From positions 128,415 to 192,414 of the forward strand of contig JAHPZA010000002.1 of assembly GCA_019058445.1 (NCBI GenBank): a stretch of 64,000 bases of DNA, given 5' to 3'. The notes under the pieces are model-generated. The model was not told the DNA's origin and searched no databases. It worked only from the letters and a program-made list of their open reading frames with translations. Positions 20,048-29,402 of the stretch are shown one piece after another. Each line of letters opens with the position of its first letter. The first letter of the stretch is position 1. Both the position numbers and the translations under genes were made by a program. The stretch comes from Promethearchaeota archaeon (lineage in GTDB: Archaea > Asgardarchaeota > Lokiarchaeia > Sigyniarchaeales > SOKP01).

Positions 20048-20275
20048 ATGAATTTTAGGCTATTATCTAATGTATACTATAAACCCCCTGCCCACTTTAA
20101 CATTCGCAGATCCATCTATGTGTATTGCTTTTTCGTGAATGTTGCAGAATTCGGTGATTCCTTTATCTATACACCGGAAAAGGAACACATTGAAAGATCC
20201 TTACCACCAAAAGAAGAGGCTATAATTTATAAAGATGTGGATCTCTTCAAATTATGCTCCGAACGCAAAAAATAG
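20048..20275 (+). pseudogene. Probable C-terminal fragment of a carbon-nitrogen hydrolase (nitrilase superfamily)
   Basis: FVNVAEFGDSFIYTP...EEAIIYKDVDL resembles the nitrilase C-terminal consensus (aN..g..G.S.I.dP..EE.ii.adiDl); the catalytic N-terminal part is absent. Confidence 0.4.
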
Positions 20276-20332
20276 GAAGGAGAGTAAAGTAAAGTATAAA
20301 AATTTATCCAAAGTACGAGATAAAGAATTTAA

Positions 20333-20977
20333 TTACTTTTTACCTATGGCAGCAATATATCCTTTTTTCTCTTCAATATTTATTGATATTTCATTAAAAC
20401 CTGCTTCCAGCATAAATTGTTCCATTTCTTGAGGAGTATGGATTGGAAAATTACCTAATTTCGACCATTTTTCATTCCGTTTACGAAGTTTCTCATCATT
20501 ACACTTATAAGCTTCATTGACTAAAAGTAATGTGCCTCCTGGCCTTAAAACATTAAGTATTCCCTTAAGATCATTAATTAAATCCGGCCAAAAATAATAA
20601 GTCTCAAAACCAGTGACCAAATCAAACGAGCTTTCAGAGAAGGGTAATGAAGAGACTGAACCTTTTTTAATTTCCACAATTCCATTTTTGATGAATTTCT
20701 CGTTTAATTTTTTTGAAACCTGCACAGAGACATCAGAATAGTCAATTCCATATACTTTACCTCCATTGATTTTCTGAGCAAAATTGTATATAATCATACC
20801 TCCACCACATCCAATGTCCAAAATGATATCCCTTGGATTAAATGAAATATAAGTCACGCCCCAAAACGCCATTTCAGAATGTCCTTTATTCATTCCTTTA
20901 GCAATCCATTTTCCAAATAGCCCTTTTGGTTTTCGGCATTGATTAATGAATTTTTCTTTTAATCCCATAAAAGTCAC
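20333..20977 (-). CDS. Class I SAM-dependent methyltransferase
   Basis: ILDIGCGGG, GIDYS, FDLV, VLRPGG. Confidence 0.9.
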   Translation of the reverse strand: MTFMGLKEKFINQCRKPKGLFGKWIAKGMNKGHSEMAFWGVTYISFNPRDIILDIGCGGGMIIYNFAQKINGGKVYGIDYSDVSVQVSKKLNEKFIKNGIVEIKKGSVSSLPFSESSFDLVTGFETYYFWPDLINDLKGILNVLRPGGTLLLVNEAYKCNDEKLRKRNEKWSKLGNFPIHTPQEMEQFMLEAGFNEISINIEEKKGYIAAIGKK

Positions 20978-21159
20978 ATTAATTTTTTAATTTTAATTGC
21001 ATTTATTTTTTATCAAATTATACAGGTTTGTTGAAGAGGGATAAAAAACGGAAAATGTAGTTATAACCATTGAACATTGAATCAATTATATATACAATTT
21101 AAAATTTAAAATAAGTATTTAGTAAATTATATCAATTTGTCCATTATGAATGAGTTAAA

Positions 21160-21813
21160 ATGACAAATATTGATGAGATATCCAAGAAAAAAGCTGCAAA
21201 AGCAGCAGGTCTCTCCTTTATAGCAATATTAATTCTAGGTCCAATCGCTATTCTCTTTATTCTTGATAGTTTGTTAGTGACAGGAAATGCAGCAACAACC
21301 CTCAGTAATATTAGGGCTAATCAAATGCTTTTTGGTCTCGGGATTGGGCTATATCTTTTCATCCTTGCATTAGATGTTATTATTTCAGTAGCACTTTATA
21401 TTATTCTTAAACCAGCAGATAAGAATTTAGCTATGCTTCAAGCGGTCCTTAGGTCGCTTTATATCGCGACTATGGCAATATTTCTTATTGCTCTAGCATT
21501 CTTATATGTCGAAGCGTACTTTTATGCAGAACCTATTGCTTATATATTTTTTATCTCTCATCTCTTTGTACTAGGTATTGTAGTTTTCAAGGCAGGCTAC
21601 GTTCCTAAAGTTTTAGGGGTCTTATTGATAATCGCTTCCATTTCTTATATAATCCTAACTTATGGAATGTATATTTTTCCTGAAGACCTGAATGAAATTT
21701 TAATGATGATTGCCTTCCTTCCAGCTGTTATAGGTGAAATAACCTTTGGAATCTGGATTCTAGTGAAAAGTTCTAAACTCCAGGAGAGAATAGATGATAA
21801 TATAGATAAATAG
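21160..21813 (+). CDS. DUF4386-like membrane protein
   Basis: GNAATTLSNI, DVIISVALY, VPKVLGVLL and GEITFGIWILVK patterns; multi-TM. Confidence 0.7.
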   Translation: MTNIDEISKKKAAKAAGLSFIAILILGPIAILFILDSLLVTGNAATTLSNIRANQMLFGLGIGLYLFILALDVIISVALYIILKPADKNLAMLQAVLRSLYIATMAIFLIALAFLYVEAYFYAEPIAYIFFISHLFVLGIVVFKAGYVPKVLGVLLIIASISYIILTYGMYIFPEDLNEILMMIAFLPAVIGEITFGIWILVKSSKLQERIDDNIDK

Positions 21814-22006
21814 ATTTAACTCTTTTTTGATTTTTTATTTCAATACTAAAAAAGATATATTTTTTTAATATCATACTTTCTCCTCACACTAAAAATCCGA
21901 TAGTAAGACTTTGAATAATTATATATACTTTTTTAGATCAATATATATCTTAAGCAAATAATCTTGAACTAAGATGATAAATTGCATTCTGTAAAGGAGA
22001 ACTTGA

Positions 22007-24697
22007 TTGATTGTTAATTTAAAAAATACTGAAAAGCGAGATATAACTGATTTGGGGGGAAAAGCTGTTAGTCTTAGTAAATTAATCCGGAACGATTTTC
22101 CTGTACCCGATGGATTTGTTGTCACCACAGAAGCATACTCATTATTCTTGAAAAATAATGATCTCATCGAAATTATTAATAACAAATTATCGAGCATTAA
22201 TTACACTAATCATGATATAATAGAAAATTGCTCTAATGAAATTCAAGAGGCAATAAACAAAGGTAATTTGCCAACAGTTGTTATCGAAAGAATTAAAGAA
22301 GCTTATGACAATCTATATACTACCAATGTAGCAGTACGATCATCTGCAACCGCAGAAGATCTGCCAACAGCCTCCTTTGCTGGGCAATATGATACTTTTC
22401 TAAATTTAAAGACACTAGGACAAGTAACTCAACATATCAAATCCTGCTATGCCTCTCTCTGGACAAGTAGGGCCATGGTATATAGGTATGAAAACCGTAT
22501 TCCACAAAGCGATGTTAAACTAGCGGTAATTATTCAAGAAATGATTTCAGCTAAAAGTGCTGGAGTTCTTTTTACAATGAATCCTATATCGATGAATAAA
22601 AAGGAATTAGTAATTGAATCCAATTATGGACTCGGAGAATCCATTGTTTCGGGCCAATGCAGCCCTGATCAATTTTTGGTCAAAAGAGAAAGCCACCATG
22701 GACTCGGAGAATTTATGATTGTAGATACTCAAATTGGAAAAAAAAATGTTGCGGTGTATCCAAAAACTTTAGAAGCTGAGAGCGGAACTATGTTAACTGA
22801 GCTTACCGAAAATGAAAATAAATGCTCTTCTTTAACGAATCAGCAAATTATTCGCCTTTCTCAAATAAGTTCTCAAATCGAAAGGATTTTTAAAGCCCCT
22901 CAAGATATAGAATGGGCGATAGATCAGGATGATAAAATTTATATTCTCCAATCCAGACCAATCACTTCTCTGGAATCTATTAAACACGAGGATGATGTGT
23001 ATTGGACTAGAGGTTATAGTGACGATTATTGGAACGACTGTTGTACTCCTTTATTCTTTGATTTGTTGGGAGATCCGCTGACCAATATTGTGAGTGTAGA
23101 ACTTAATAATATCATGGGATATAAAGACATTGACACAAACCTATTGAAATTGTACCACGGTCATGTGTATTTCAATTTAAACGTTTTACGGAATAGAGTC
23201 AAATACGAAATTCCTAAAATTTTCCGAAATGAGGATCTGTTGAACTACTTTCCCGAAGGTTCGGGACATTATGGGAAAGAAACAATGAAAAATCTTCCTT
23301 TCCGAATATTTAGGCGGATATTTTCTGAAGTTCGCATCATGATTTTCGATCCCAATGGTTCGATGTCAAAAACAGCTCCTACATATTATGAATGGAGTAA
23401 AACTGAATTCGAACCATTTTGCAAAGAATTTGACTTAAGACTTGAGAGGTTATCGAAAAATGGAGATCTTCTCGGGTTGGCTGATTTAGCATATAAACTT
23501 GATCGTGTAATGGTTTCCCATTACCGCTTAATCCGGTACGGTCTTGCTGTTCATAATATAGGGATGAATTTAATGCTTCAATACCTTCTTACCAAATTTT
23601 TAGGGAAAGAAGATTCCTTACATTATTATCCCATATTGATTTCGGGATTGGAACATAAATTAACCGAAACAAATGATGATCTTCGGTATTTGGCTTCTAT
23701 TATCCAAAAATCTCCCGAACTGGAATCAATAATTAATGAACAGGATTCACAAGATTTATATGCATACATTTCATCGAGTAAAAATCCTAAAGTACAAAAT
23801 TTTTATAAAGAATTTAACGGCTTTTTGGATAAATTCGGTGAACGCGGATTTACTAGGGAAGTTTTTTACCCTAGATGGAATGAAGAACCCCGATACTTAT
23901 TCGATATCCTAAAAACATTAATTAAAGGTAAGGATCGGGACTACAGGGAAATTAAAGAAAAACAATTAAAGTACAGAGAAAAAATTGAAAAACTTGTAGA
24001 AGCAAAAATACGGTCACAACGATTTGGACTAATTAAATGGCTGTTATGTTCAAAAATATTAGATTCTGCCCGTACCTATCTCATATTTCGAGAAGGACAG
24101 AGATATAATCTCGATCGCTGGACATACAGAAATCGAAAGGTTTATTTGGAAATTGGTAAAATTTTCAAGCAAAAAGGGATATTAAAGGACACTGATGATA
24201 TTTTCTTTTTGCATAGAAGGGAAATTAAAAAAATATTGGACCAACCAGATGTGGAGTTTACTTCTATAATAAAAAAGCGACGGGATGTATTTTTTAAATA
24301 TGAGTATACCATTCCCCCTAAATTCCTTCATGGTTCCCGTGAATTTGATGATTTGTTTCAATATGATCAAGAGAGTCTTTCTTTTAAAGGGATTCCTGCG
24401 AGTCAAGGAATATTAACGTCAAAAATTCGCGTTATTAATAAGATTGAAGAGATCTCAAGTGTACAAATAGGAGAAATACTTGTTGTTCCAAAAACAGATC
24501 CAGGTTGGACTCCCGTTTTTTCAAAACTCGGGGGATTAATAACCGAAACGGGAGGTATACTGTCCCATGGTGCTGTTGTTTCTCGTGAATATGGCGTTCC
24601 TGCCGTCACCAATATTATTAATGCTTGTCAGCTCTTTAAAACGGGTCAGGTAGTTACTATTAACGGATATAATGGGACGGTTGTAATAAAAAAATAA
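22007..24697 (+). CDS. PEP-synthase-like dikinase with rifampin phosphotransferase/PigC-type domain order
   Basis: GGKA, VRSSATAEDL..SFAGQY and DIEWA..LQSRPIT ATP-grasp; central domain; C-terminal His swivel GGILSHGAVVSREYGVPAV. Confidence 0.85.
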   Translation: MIVNLKNTEKRDITDLGGKAVSLSKLIRNDFPVPDGFVVTTEAYSLFLKNNDLIEIINNKLSSINYTNHDIIENCSNEIQEAINKGNLPTVVIERIKEAYDNLYTTNVAVRSSATAEDLPTASFAGQYDTFLNLKTLGQVTQHIKSCYASLWTSRAMVYRYENRIPQSDVKLAVIIQEMISAKSAGVLFTMNPISMNKKELVIESNYGLGESIVSGQCSPDQFLVKRESHHGLGEFMIVDTQIGKKNVAVYPKTLEAESGTMLTELTENENKCSSLTNQQIIRLSQISSQIERIFKAPQDIEWAIDQDDKIYILQSRPITSLESIKHEDDVYWTRGYSDDYWNDCCTPLFFDLLGDPLTNIVSVELNNIMGYKDIDTNLLKLYHGHVYFNLNVLRNRVKYEIPKIFRNEDLLNYFPEGSGHYGKETMKNLPFRIFRRIFSEVRIMIFDPNGSMSKTAPTYYEWSKTEFEPFCKEFDLRLERLSKNGDLLGLADLAYKLDRVMVSHYRLIRYGLAVHNIGMNLMLQYLLTKFLGKEDSLHYYPILISGLEHKLTETNDDLRYLASIIQKSPELESIINEQDSQDLYAYISSSKNPKVQNFYKEFNGFLDKFGERGFTREVFYPRWNEEPRYLFDILKTLIKGKDRDYREIKEKQLKYREKIEKLVEAKIRSQRFGLIKWLLCSKILDSARTYLIFREGQRYNLDRWTYRNRKVYLEIGKIFKQKGILKDTDDIFFLHRREIKKILDQPDVEFTSIIKKRRDVFFKYEYTIPPKFLHGSREFDDLFQYDQESLSFKGIPASQGILTSKIRVINKIEEISSVQIGEILVVPKTDPGWTPVFSKLGGLITETGGILSHGAVVSREYGVPAVTNIINACQLFKTGQVVTINGYNGTVVIKK

Positions 24698-24796
24698 CGT
24701 ATTTTAATAAATTCCCACCATAATTTCCAGCAAATTTAAAAAATATTGAGCATTGAAAACTAAAATAAATCAATAATAAAATTAATAAAGTGAAAA

Positions 24797-25630
24797 ATGA
24801 ATCATATAGAAGATGAATATGAGGGTGTAGATGGTACTAAATTATATTACCAAGCGTGGATTCCAGAAACTCCCAAAGCTGTCGTGCAGCTCATTCACGG
24901 TTTTGCCGAACATTCCGGGAGATATAAAAATGTGGCAAATCAGTTAGTGCCTAATGGCTATTTAATTTATGCTCACGATCTTAGGGGTCATGGGAAATCT
25001 GAAGGTGAAGAAAACTATGTGGATTCAATGGATCAATACGTCGAGGATGAGAAAAATTTTTATGATACCATTAAGCAAAAACATTCTAATCTAAAGATCT
25101 TCATGCTAGGGCATTCGATGGGATCTGGCATTGCAATGTACTTTACGAAAAAATACGAAAGCCTCTTAACCGGATTGATTCTCTCTGGAACCGCAAAATA
25201 TTTCGGAGGAGAAGCTGGTAAAGTGAAGAAGGTTTTTGCAAAAAAGATGTCAAAAACTTTCCCTAAATTAAGAGCTAGTTCTGGGGTTGATCCTCAGCTA
25301 CTGAGTCATGATCCTGCAGAAGTAGAAACATATAAGAACGATCCTCTAGTACATTATAAGAAAATTACAGCTCGGCTTGGATGGGAAATGATTAAAGGTT
25401 TTGAAGAAGCTACTGAAATCGTTGGGGACTTTAAACTTCCTGTTCTTATTCAAAGGGGAGGTGAAGACAGTGTAATGACAGGAACAGAAGAATTAAAGGA
25501 TGCATTTACAGTTAGTGATTTAACCTATATAGAATATGAAGGATTATATCACGAAATTTATAATGAATTAGAAAAAGATCGCACGAAAGTTTTACAAGAT
25601 TTAACTGATTGGCTTGATAAGCATCTTTAA
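24797..25630 (+). CDS. Lysophospholipase / monoacylglycerol lipase (alpha/beta hydrolase)
   Basis: HGFAEHSGRY, DLRGHG, GHSMG, YHEIYNE. Confidence 0.9.
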   Translation: MNHIEDEYEGVDGTKLYYQAWIPETPKAVVQLIHGFAEHSGRYKNVANQLVPNGYLIYAHDLRGHGKSEGEENYVDSMDQYVEDEKNFYDTIKQKHSNLKIFMLGHSMGSGIAMYFTKKYESLLTGLILSGTAKYFGGEAGKVKKVFAKKMSKTFPKLRASSGVDPQLLSHDPAEVETYKNDPLVHYKKITARLGWEMIKGFEEATEIVGDFKLPVLIQRGGEDSVMTGTEELKDAFTVSDLTYIEYEGLYHEIYNELEKDRTKVLQDLTDWLDKHL

Positions 25631-25649
25631 ATTCATAGATGTTATTCAA

Positions 25650-26561
25650 TTAAACTTTTTCCGTTCTTAGATGTTCTGACATCCCTGATCCAATTTCATT
25701 GTTATCCAAATCTTTCATTACAACCATTTCCTCGAATAATTCAGTAAAACCATCCGGAAATTGTCTTGCAAACCGAAAAATAGAATTTTTATCGATTAAT
25801 TTCGCTTCAATATTATAGTTTTTTCCGTGTACATCCGTAATATGGTATGTCGTAATAAGAGGAGTTTTTAATTTATCGTTATCGTCAATTATATCAATTT
25901 CCACATCTCTAATAGGTATAGTTCCATTATTATCTGCTATATACCTGGAGACATCGATTTTATTCTGATAATAATCTTTTCTCAAGCCGCAGTTCCAATC
26001 TTTAAACTGAAATTGACCTGCAATCCAATGGTCAACCCCATGCCAATCTCTTATTCCCCAACTTTTATCTCTTTGTCCGAATCCCCGTATCTTTCTTACT
26101 TTGCCGTCCCTATATATAAATTCTCCCGTAATTATCCCGGATGATTCAAAATGAGTATGCCATGCCACAGAAAAATCATTTTTAAAAACGTGCGTATTAA
26201 ATCTGGTATCCCAGTTTATCTTGAATTCGAATTTCGTACAATTATAAATAATTTCCCAATTTTGGAACGGTGTAATTAAATTATAGGCGAGTCTTTTATC
26301 CCGCAGCATAATCTCTATATCTTCAACATATTTGTGAAGGATTGGCTCCCGATAGTAGATTATCCTTTTATTATCCACAAATAGGGAGAAGAATAATTCC
26401 CTTCTTTGTTCATTAGGAATAATTCCGATGGTAGAACATCCGGTAATTCTATTTCCGAGATCAATCCAATTCCAATAGTAAGCTTCACGCCATTTTTGAA
26501 TCTCTCCAGGTTTGTGGAGTAACTCATCGTCGTCCTTTAGAGTATTATTTTTATCTTTCAA
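25650..26561 (-). CDS. Beta-rich hypothetical protein (tocopherol cyclase/AttH-like), paralog of 26699-27688
   Basis: WREAYYW and GQRDKSWGIRDW motifs. Confidence 0.55.
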   Translation of the reverse strand: MKDKNNTLKDDDELLHKPGEIQKWREAYYWNWIDLGNRITGCSTIGIIPNEQRRELFFSLFVDNKRIIYYREPILHKYVEDIEIMLRDKRLAYNLITPFQNWEIIYNCTKFEFKINWDTRFNTHVFKNDFSVAWHTHFESSGIITGEFIYRDGKVRKIRGFGQRDKSWGIRDWHGVDHWIAGQFQFKDWNCGLRKDYYQNKIDVSRYIADNNGTIPIRDVEIDIIDDNDKLKTPLITTYHITDVHGKNYNIEAKLIDKNSIFRFARQFPDGFTELFEEMVVMKDLDNNEIGSGMSEHLRTEKV

Positions 26562-26698
26562 TTCTATACTTAAGTATAAAGCTTTTTTTAAAATTTTAAA
26601 TAACTTTAAAACCTTAAATTATTTAAACTTTTTAAACAACCATTCAAGATGTTTTACTTAATTGTTTACAAAAAAATGGAAAAGAGAGGCATTTAAAG

Positions 26699-27688
26699 AT
26701 GGAACCAATCACACATAAATGTGATTCTGATCATCCAGAGTGGAATGAGTCTTACTATCTAGCATTTTTTAACAAAGAGCAGAATATAGGCGGGGTAAGC
26801 AGAATCGGATTTAAACCCAATAAAAGGGAAGGAATGACTTTTTTCTTTTTGTTCTTACCTGATGGGACAGCTGCTATATATCATAAAGAAGAAGAAATTA
26901 ATGACTATTTAAATTTTCCGCCTGTGGGTGGTATGATTCATAATTGTCAATCCGATGGAAAATGGAATTATGAATTTGAGGGCAAGATGGTTTTTCTACA
27001 TAATCCAGAAGATCTACCGAAGATAAGTGAACAATCAAAATTGAGTTTGTTATTCAAAGTAATTCGTAAAAAATTATACAAAAAACAAGTTAAAATGCGT
27101 CTTACATTTACACCTATTAATGATGTGTATGAATATAGCGAGTTCATGACTCCTGAATCTTTAGAACTCGGAAAGAAAGCAGGAGATGAGCACTGGGAAC
27201 AAATTGCGATTATATCTGGAGAAATAAAAATAGGAAATAAAACATATCTTATCGAAAATACTATCGGACAAAGGGATCATACTTATGGGATTAGAGACTG
27301 GACGGGAGTTGGTGATTGGTTATATTATGTAATTTGGTTTAATAAAAACTTGGCGATTAATCCTGCAGCTATCATAGCTGATGATGGCCGTTTATCTATA
27401 GGGGGTTTTCTCTTTAAAGATGGAAAAAATATTCCATTAAAAACCGTTCGAATTATAGATCAGCAATTTCGAGAAGATGATGTCCTGCCTATAAGTTCCG
27501 AATTAGAGATTGTCGATTTTTCAGGAGTGAAACATATCTTAAAAGCAAAAGTTGGACCTATTATCCCAGTCCCATTTGAAGATAAAGAAGGAAACAAATC
27601 GATTTTAGTTCAATCATTTGGAAGTTTTGAATTAGATGGGATTTCGAACGGGTACGGAACATTCGAAACCTTAAGACGAGTGAATTAA
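26699..27688 (+). CDS. Beta-rich hypothetical protein (tocopherol cyclase/AttH-like), paralog of 25650-26561
   Basis: WNESYY, HWEQ and GQRDHTYGIRDW motifs. Confidence 0.55.
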   Translation: MEPITHKCDSDHPEWNESYYLAFFNKEQNIGGVSRIGFKPNKREGMTFFFLFLPDGTAAIYHKEEEINDYLNFPPVGGMIHNCQSDGKWNYEFEGKMVFLHNPEDLPKISEQSKLSLLFKVIRKKLYKKQVKMRLTFTPINDVYEYSEFMTPESLELGKKAGDEHWEQIAIISGEIKIGNKTYLIENTIGQRDHTYGIRDWTGVGDWLYYVIWFNKNLAINPAAIIADDGRLSIGGFLFKDGKNIPLKTVRIIDQQFREDDVLPISSELEIVDFSGVKHILKAKVGPIIPVPFEDKEGNKSILVQSFGSFELDGISNGYGTFETLRRVN

Positions 27689-27844
27689 CATTATTTTTCA
27701 TCCTAAATTTTATAATTTTAAGGATTTTTGATATTTAGTAAGTGATAAAGGAGTTTAAAATAGAAACCAATAAACATAAAATTAAATATGTTTTAGTTTT
27801 TATTATTCATACATAGAAAAATTCAGCGAGATGACAATAAGAAT

Positions 27845-28243
27845 ATGGTTTCCCGCTTGGAATTAGTGCTTAAAGAATTAAATGAAAATGGGAACTTTCG
27901 GGCATCCTTGTTCTCAACTAATACGGGTTTAGTTCTCGCTTCACAAAAAGCAGAGGAAGTTGACGAGAGGGTTGTTGCTGCCATGGGATCGCTACTGAGC
28001 GATGCAGCAATAAAGGCTGGTGAAGAAATGGATTTATCTGAAGCTGAGGTAATGAAAATTTTTTATAGAAAGGATTATATTATCTGTAGGACTATCTTTA
28101 TGCCAGATGGCAAGACTCAATTTTTATTAGCCGTGTTATCAAAAATTCCTGAAAGTGATGATGTAGAGAAATATTTCGACCAGCTCTTAGACTGGGCTGT
28201 GGAGAACTCTACTCCAGATTTAGAAAAACTCTCAAGTATATAA
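27845..28243 (+). CDS. Roadblock/LC7 domain protein
   Basis: LELVLKEL..ASLFSTNTGLVLAS..DERVVAAMGSLL is the classic roadblock pattern. Confidence 0.85.
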   Translation: MVSRLELVLKELNENGNFRASLFSTNTGLVLASQKAEEVDERVVAAMGSLLSDAAIKAGEEMDLSEAEVMKIFYRKDYIICRTIFMPDGKTQFLLAVLSKIPESDDVEKYFDQLLDWAVENSTPDLEKLSSI

Positions 28244-28358
28244 CTTATGCAAAATTAATGGTTCTCTATTTTTTATTTTACAGAGGAGCTTAAATAATTA
28301 AAATTGTTTATAATTTAGAATTGTAAATTATAAATATCTATTTTACGTCTCTACATTT

Positions 28359-29396
28359 ATGAAAGCGGCATTTATTAAAGAACATGGTGATTTGGATAAA
28401 GTTCAAATAGGAGAAGTAGATGTACCTCAAGTTGGTCCTAATGAGGTACTTATTGAGACTAAATTTGGGGCATTAAATCATCTGGATCTTTTTGTAATTA
28501 GAGGTTGGCCTGGATTAACCCTATCGATGCCACATGTCATTGGAGCGGATGGTAGTGGGATTATAAAGGAGGTAGGCTCAGAAATTTCAACTTTATCTCA
28601 AGGTGATCATGTTACCATTAATCCCGGACTGAGTTGCGGAAAATGCAATATGTGTCTTTCGGGTCAGCAAGTACTTTGTAAACAATTTTCCATTTTAGGG
28701 GAAAATAAATGGGGTACATTTGCTCAATATGTTAAAATCCCAGAAATTAATGTTTTAAAGATACCAAAAGATTATCCATTTGATAAAGCTGCCGCGGCTC
28801 CTTTAACTTTTCTAACTGCTTGGAGAATGTTAACCACTCAGGGAAAAATTAAACATGATGATTTTGTATTTATCCATGGAGCAGGTGGAGGAGTATCGTC
28901 TGCTGCAATTCAAATCGCCAAATATCTAGGGGCAAAGGTTATAGCAACTACTAGTACAGTTGAAAAAATTGAAAAAGCGAAAGAATTGGGCGCAGACCAT
29001 GTTATTAATTATAAGGAAATGAAAGATTATACAAAATTTGTATATACAGAATTAACTAACAAGCAAGGGATAGATATTGTTATTGACAATGTTGGGCAGG
29101 CAACATTTCAAACGAGTATTCAATTGTTAAGACCTGGAGGAAGATTGATAACCTGCGGAGTAACATCCGGTCCATTTACAAAAATTAACGTCACAAATAT
29201 CTTTTGGAAGCATTTAGAAATTAAAGGTTCTACGATGGCTAATCAAGGTGAATTTCGGGAAGTTATGCAGTTAGTATTAGCAGGCAAATTACATCCCGTT
29301 ATTGATAAAATATATACTCTTGAAAAGGTCAAAGAATCTGAACAATACTTAAGTGAGGGAAACCAATTCGGGAAAGTCTTAATAGAGGTTTCTTGA
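28359..29396 (+). CDS. Zinc-binding dehydrogenase / quinone oxidoreductase (MDR family)
   Basis: LNHLD, structural Zn site CGKCNMC..C, GAGGGV, GKVLI. Confidence 0.9.
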   Translation: MKAAFIKEHGDLDKVQIGEVDVPQVGPNEVLIETKFGALNHLDLFVIRGWPGLTLSMPHVIGADGSGIIKEVGSEISTLSQGDHVTINPGLSCGKCNMCLSGQQVLCKQFSILGENKWGTFAQYVKIPEINVLKIPKDYPFDKAAAAPLTFLTAWRMLTTQGKIKHDDFVFIHGAGGGVSSAAIQIAKYLGAKVIATTSTVEKIEKAKELGADHVINYKEMKDYTKFVYTELTNKQGIDIVIDNVGQATFQTSIQLLRPGGRLITCGVTSGPFTKINVTNIFWKHLEIKGSTMANQGEFREVMQLVLAGKLHPVIDKIYTLEKVKESEQYLSEGNQFGKVLIEVS

Positions 29397-29402
29397 TTTC
29401 TT

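Noticed and set aside
22007-24697. Annotation as ppsA or as a true rifampin resistance gene
   Set aside because: The PEP-binding barrel is absent, and rifamycin specificity cannot be inferred from domain order.
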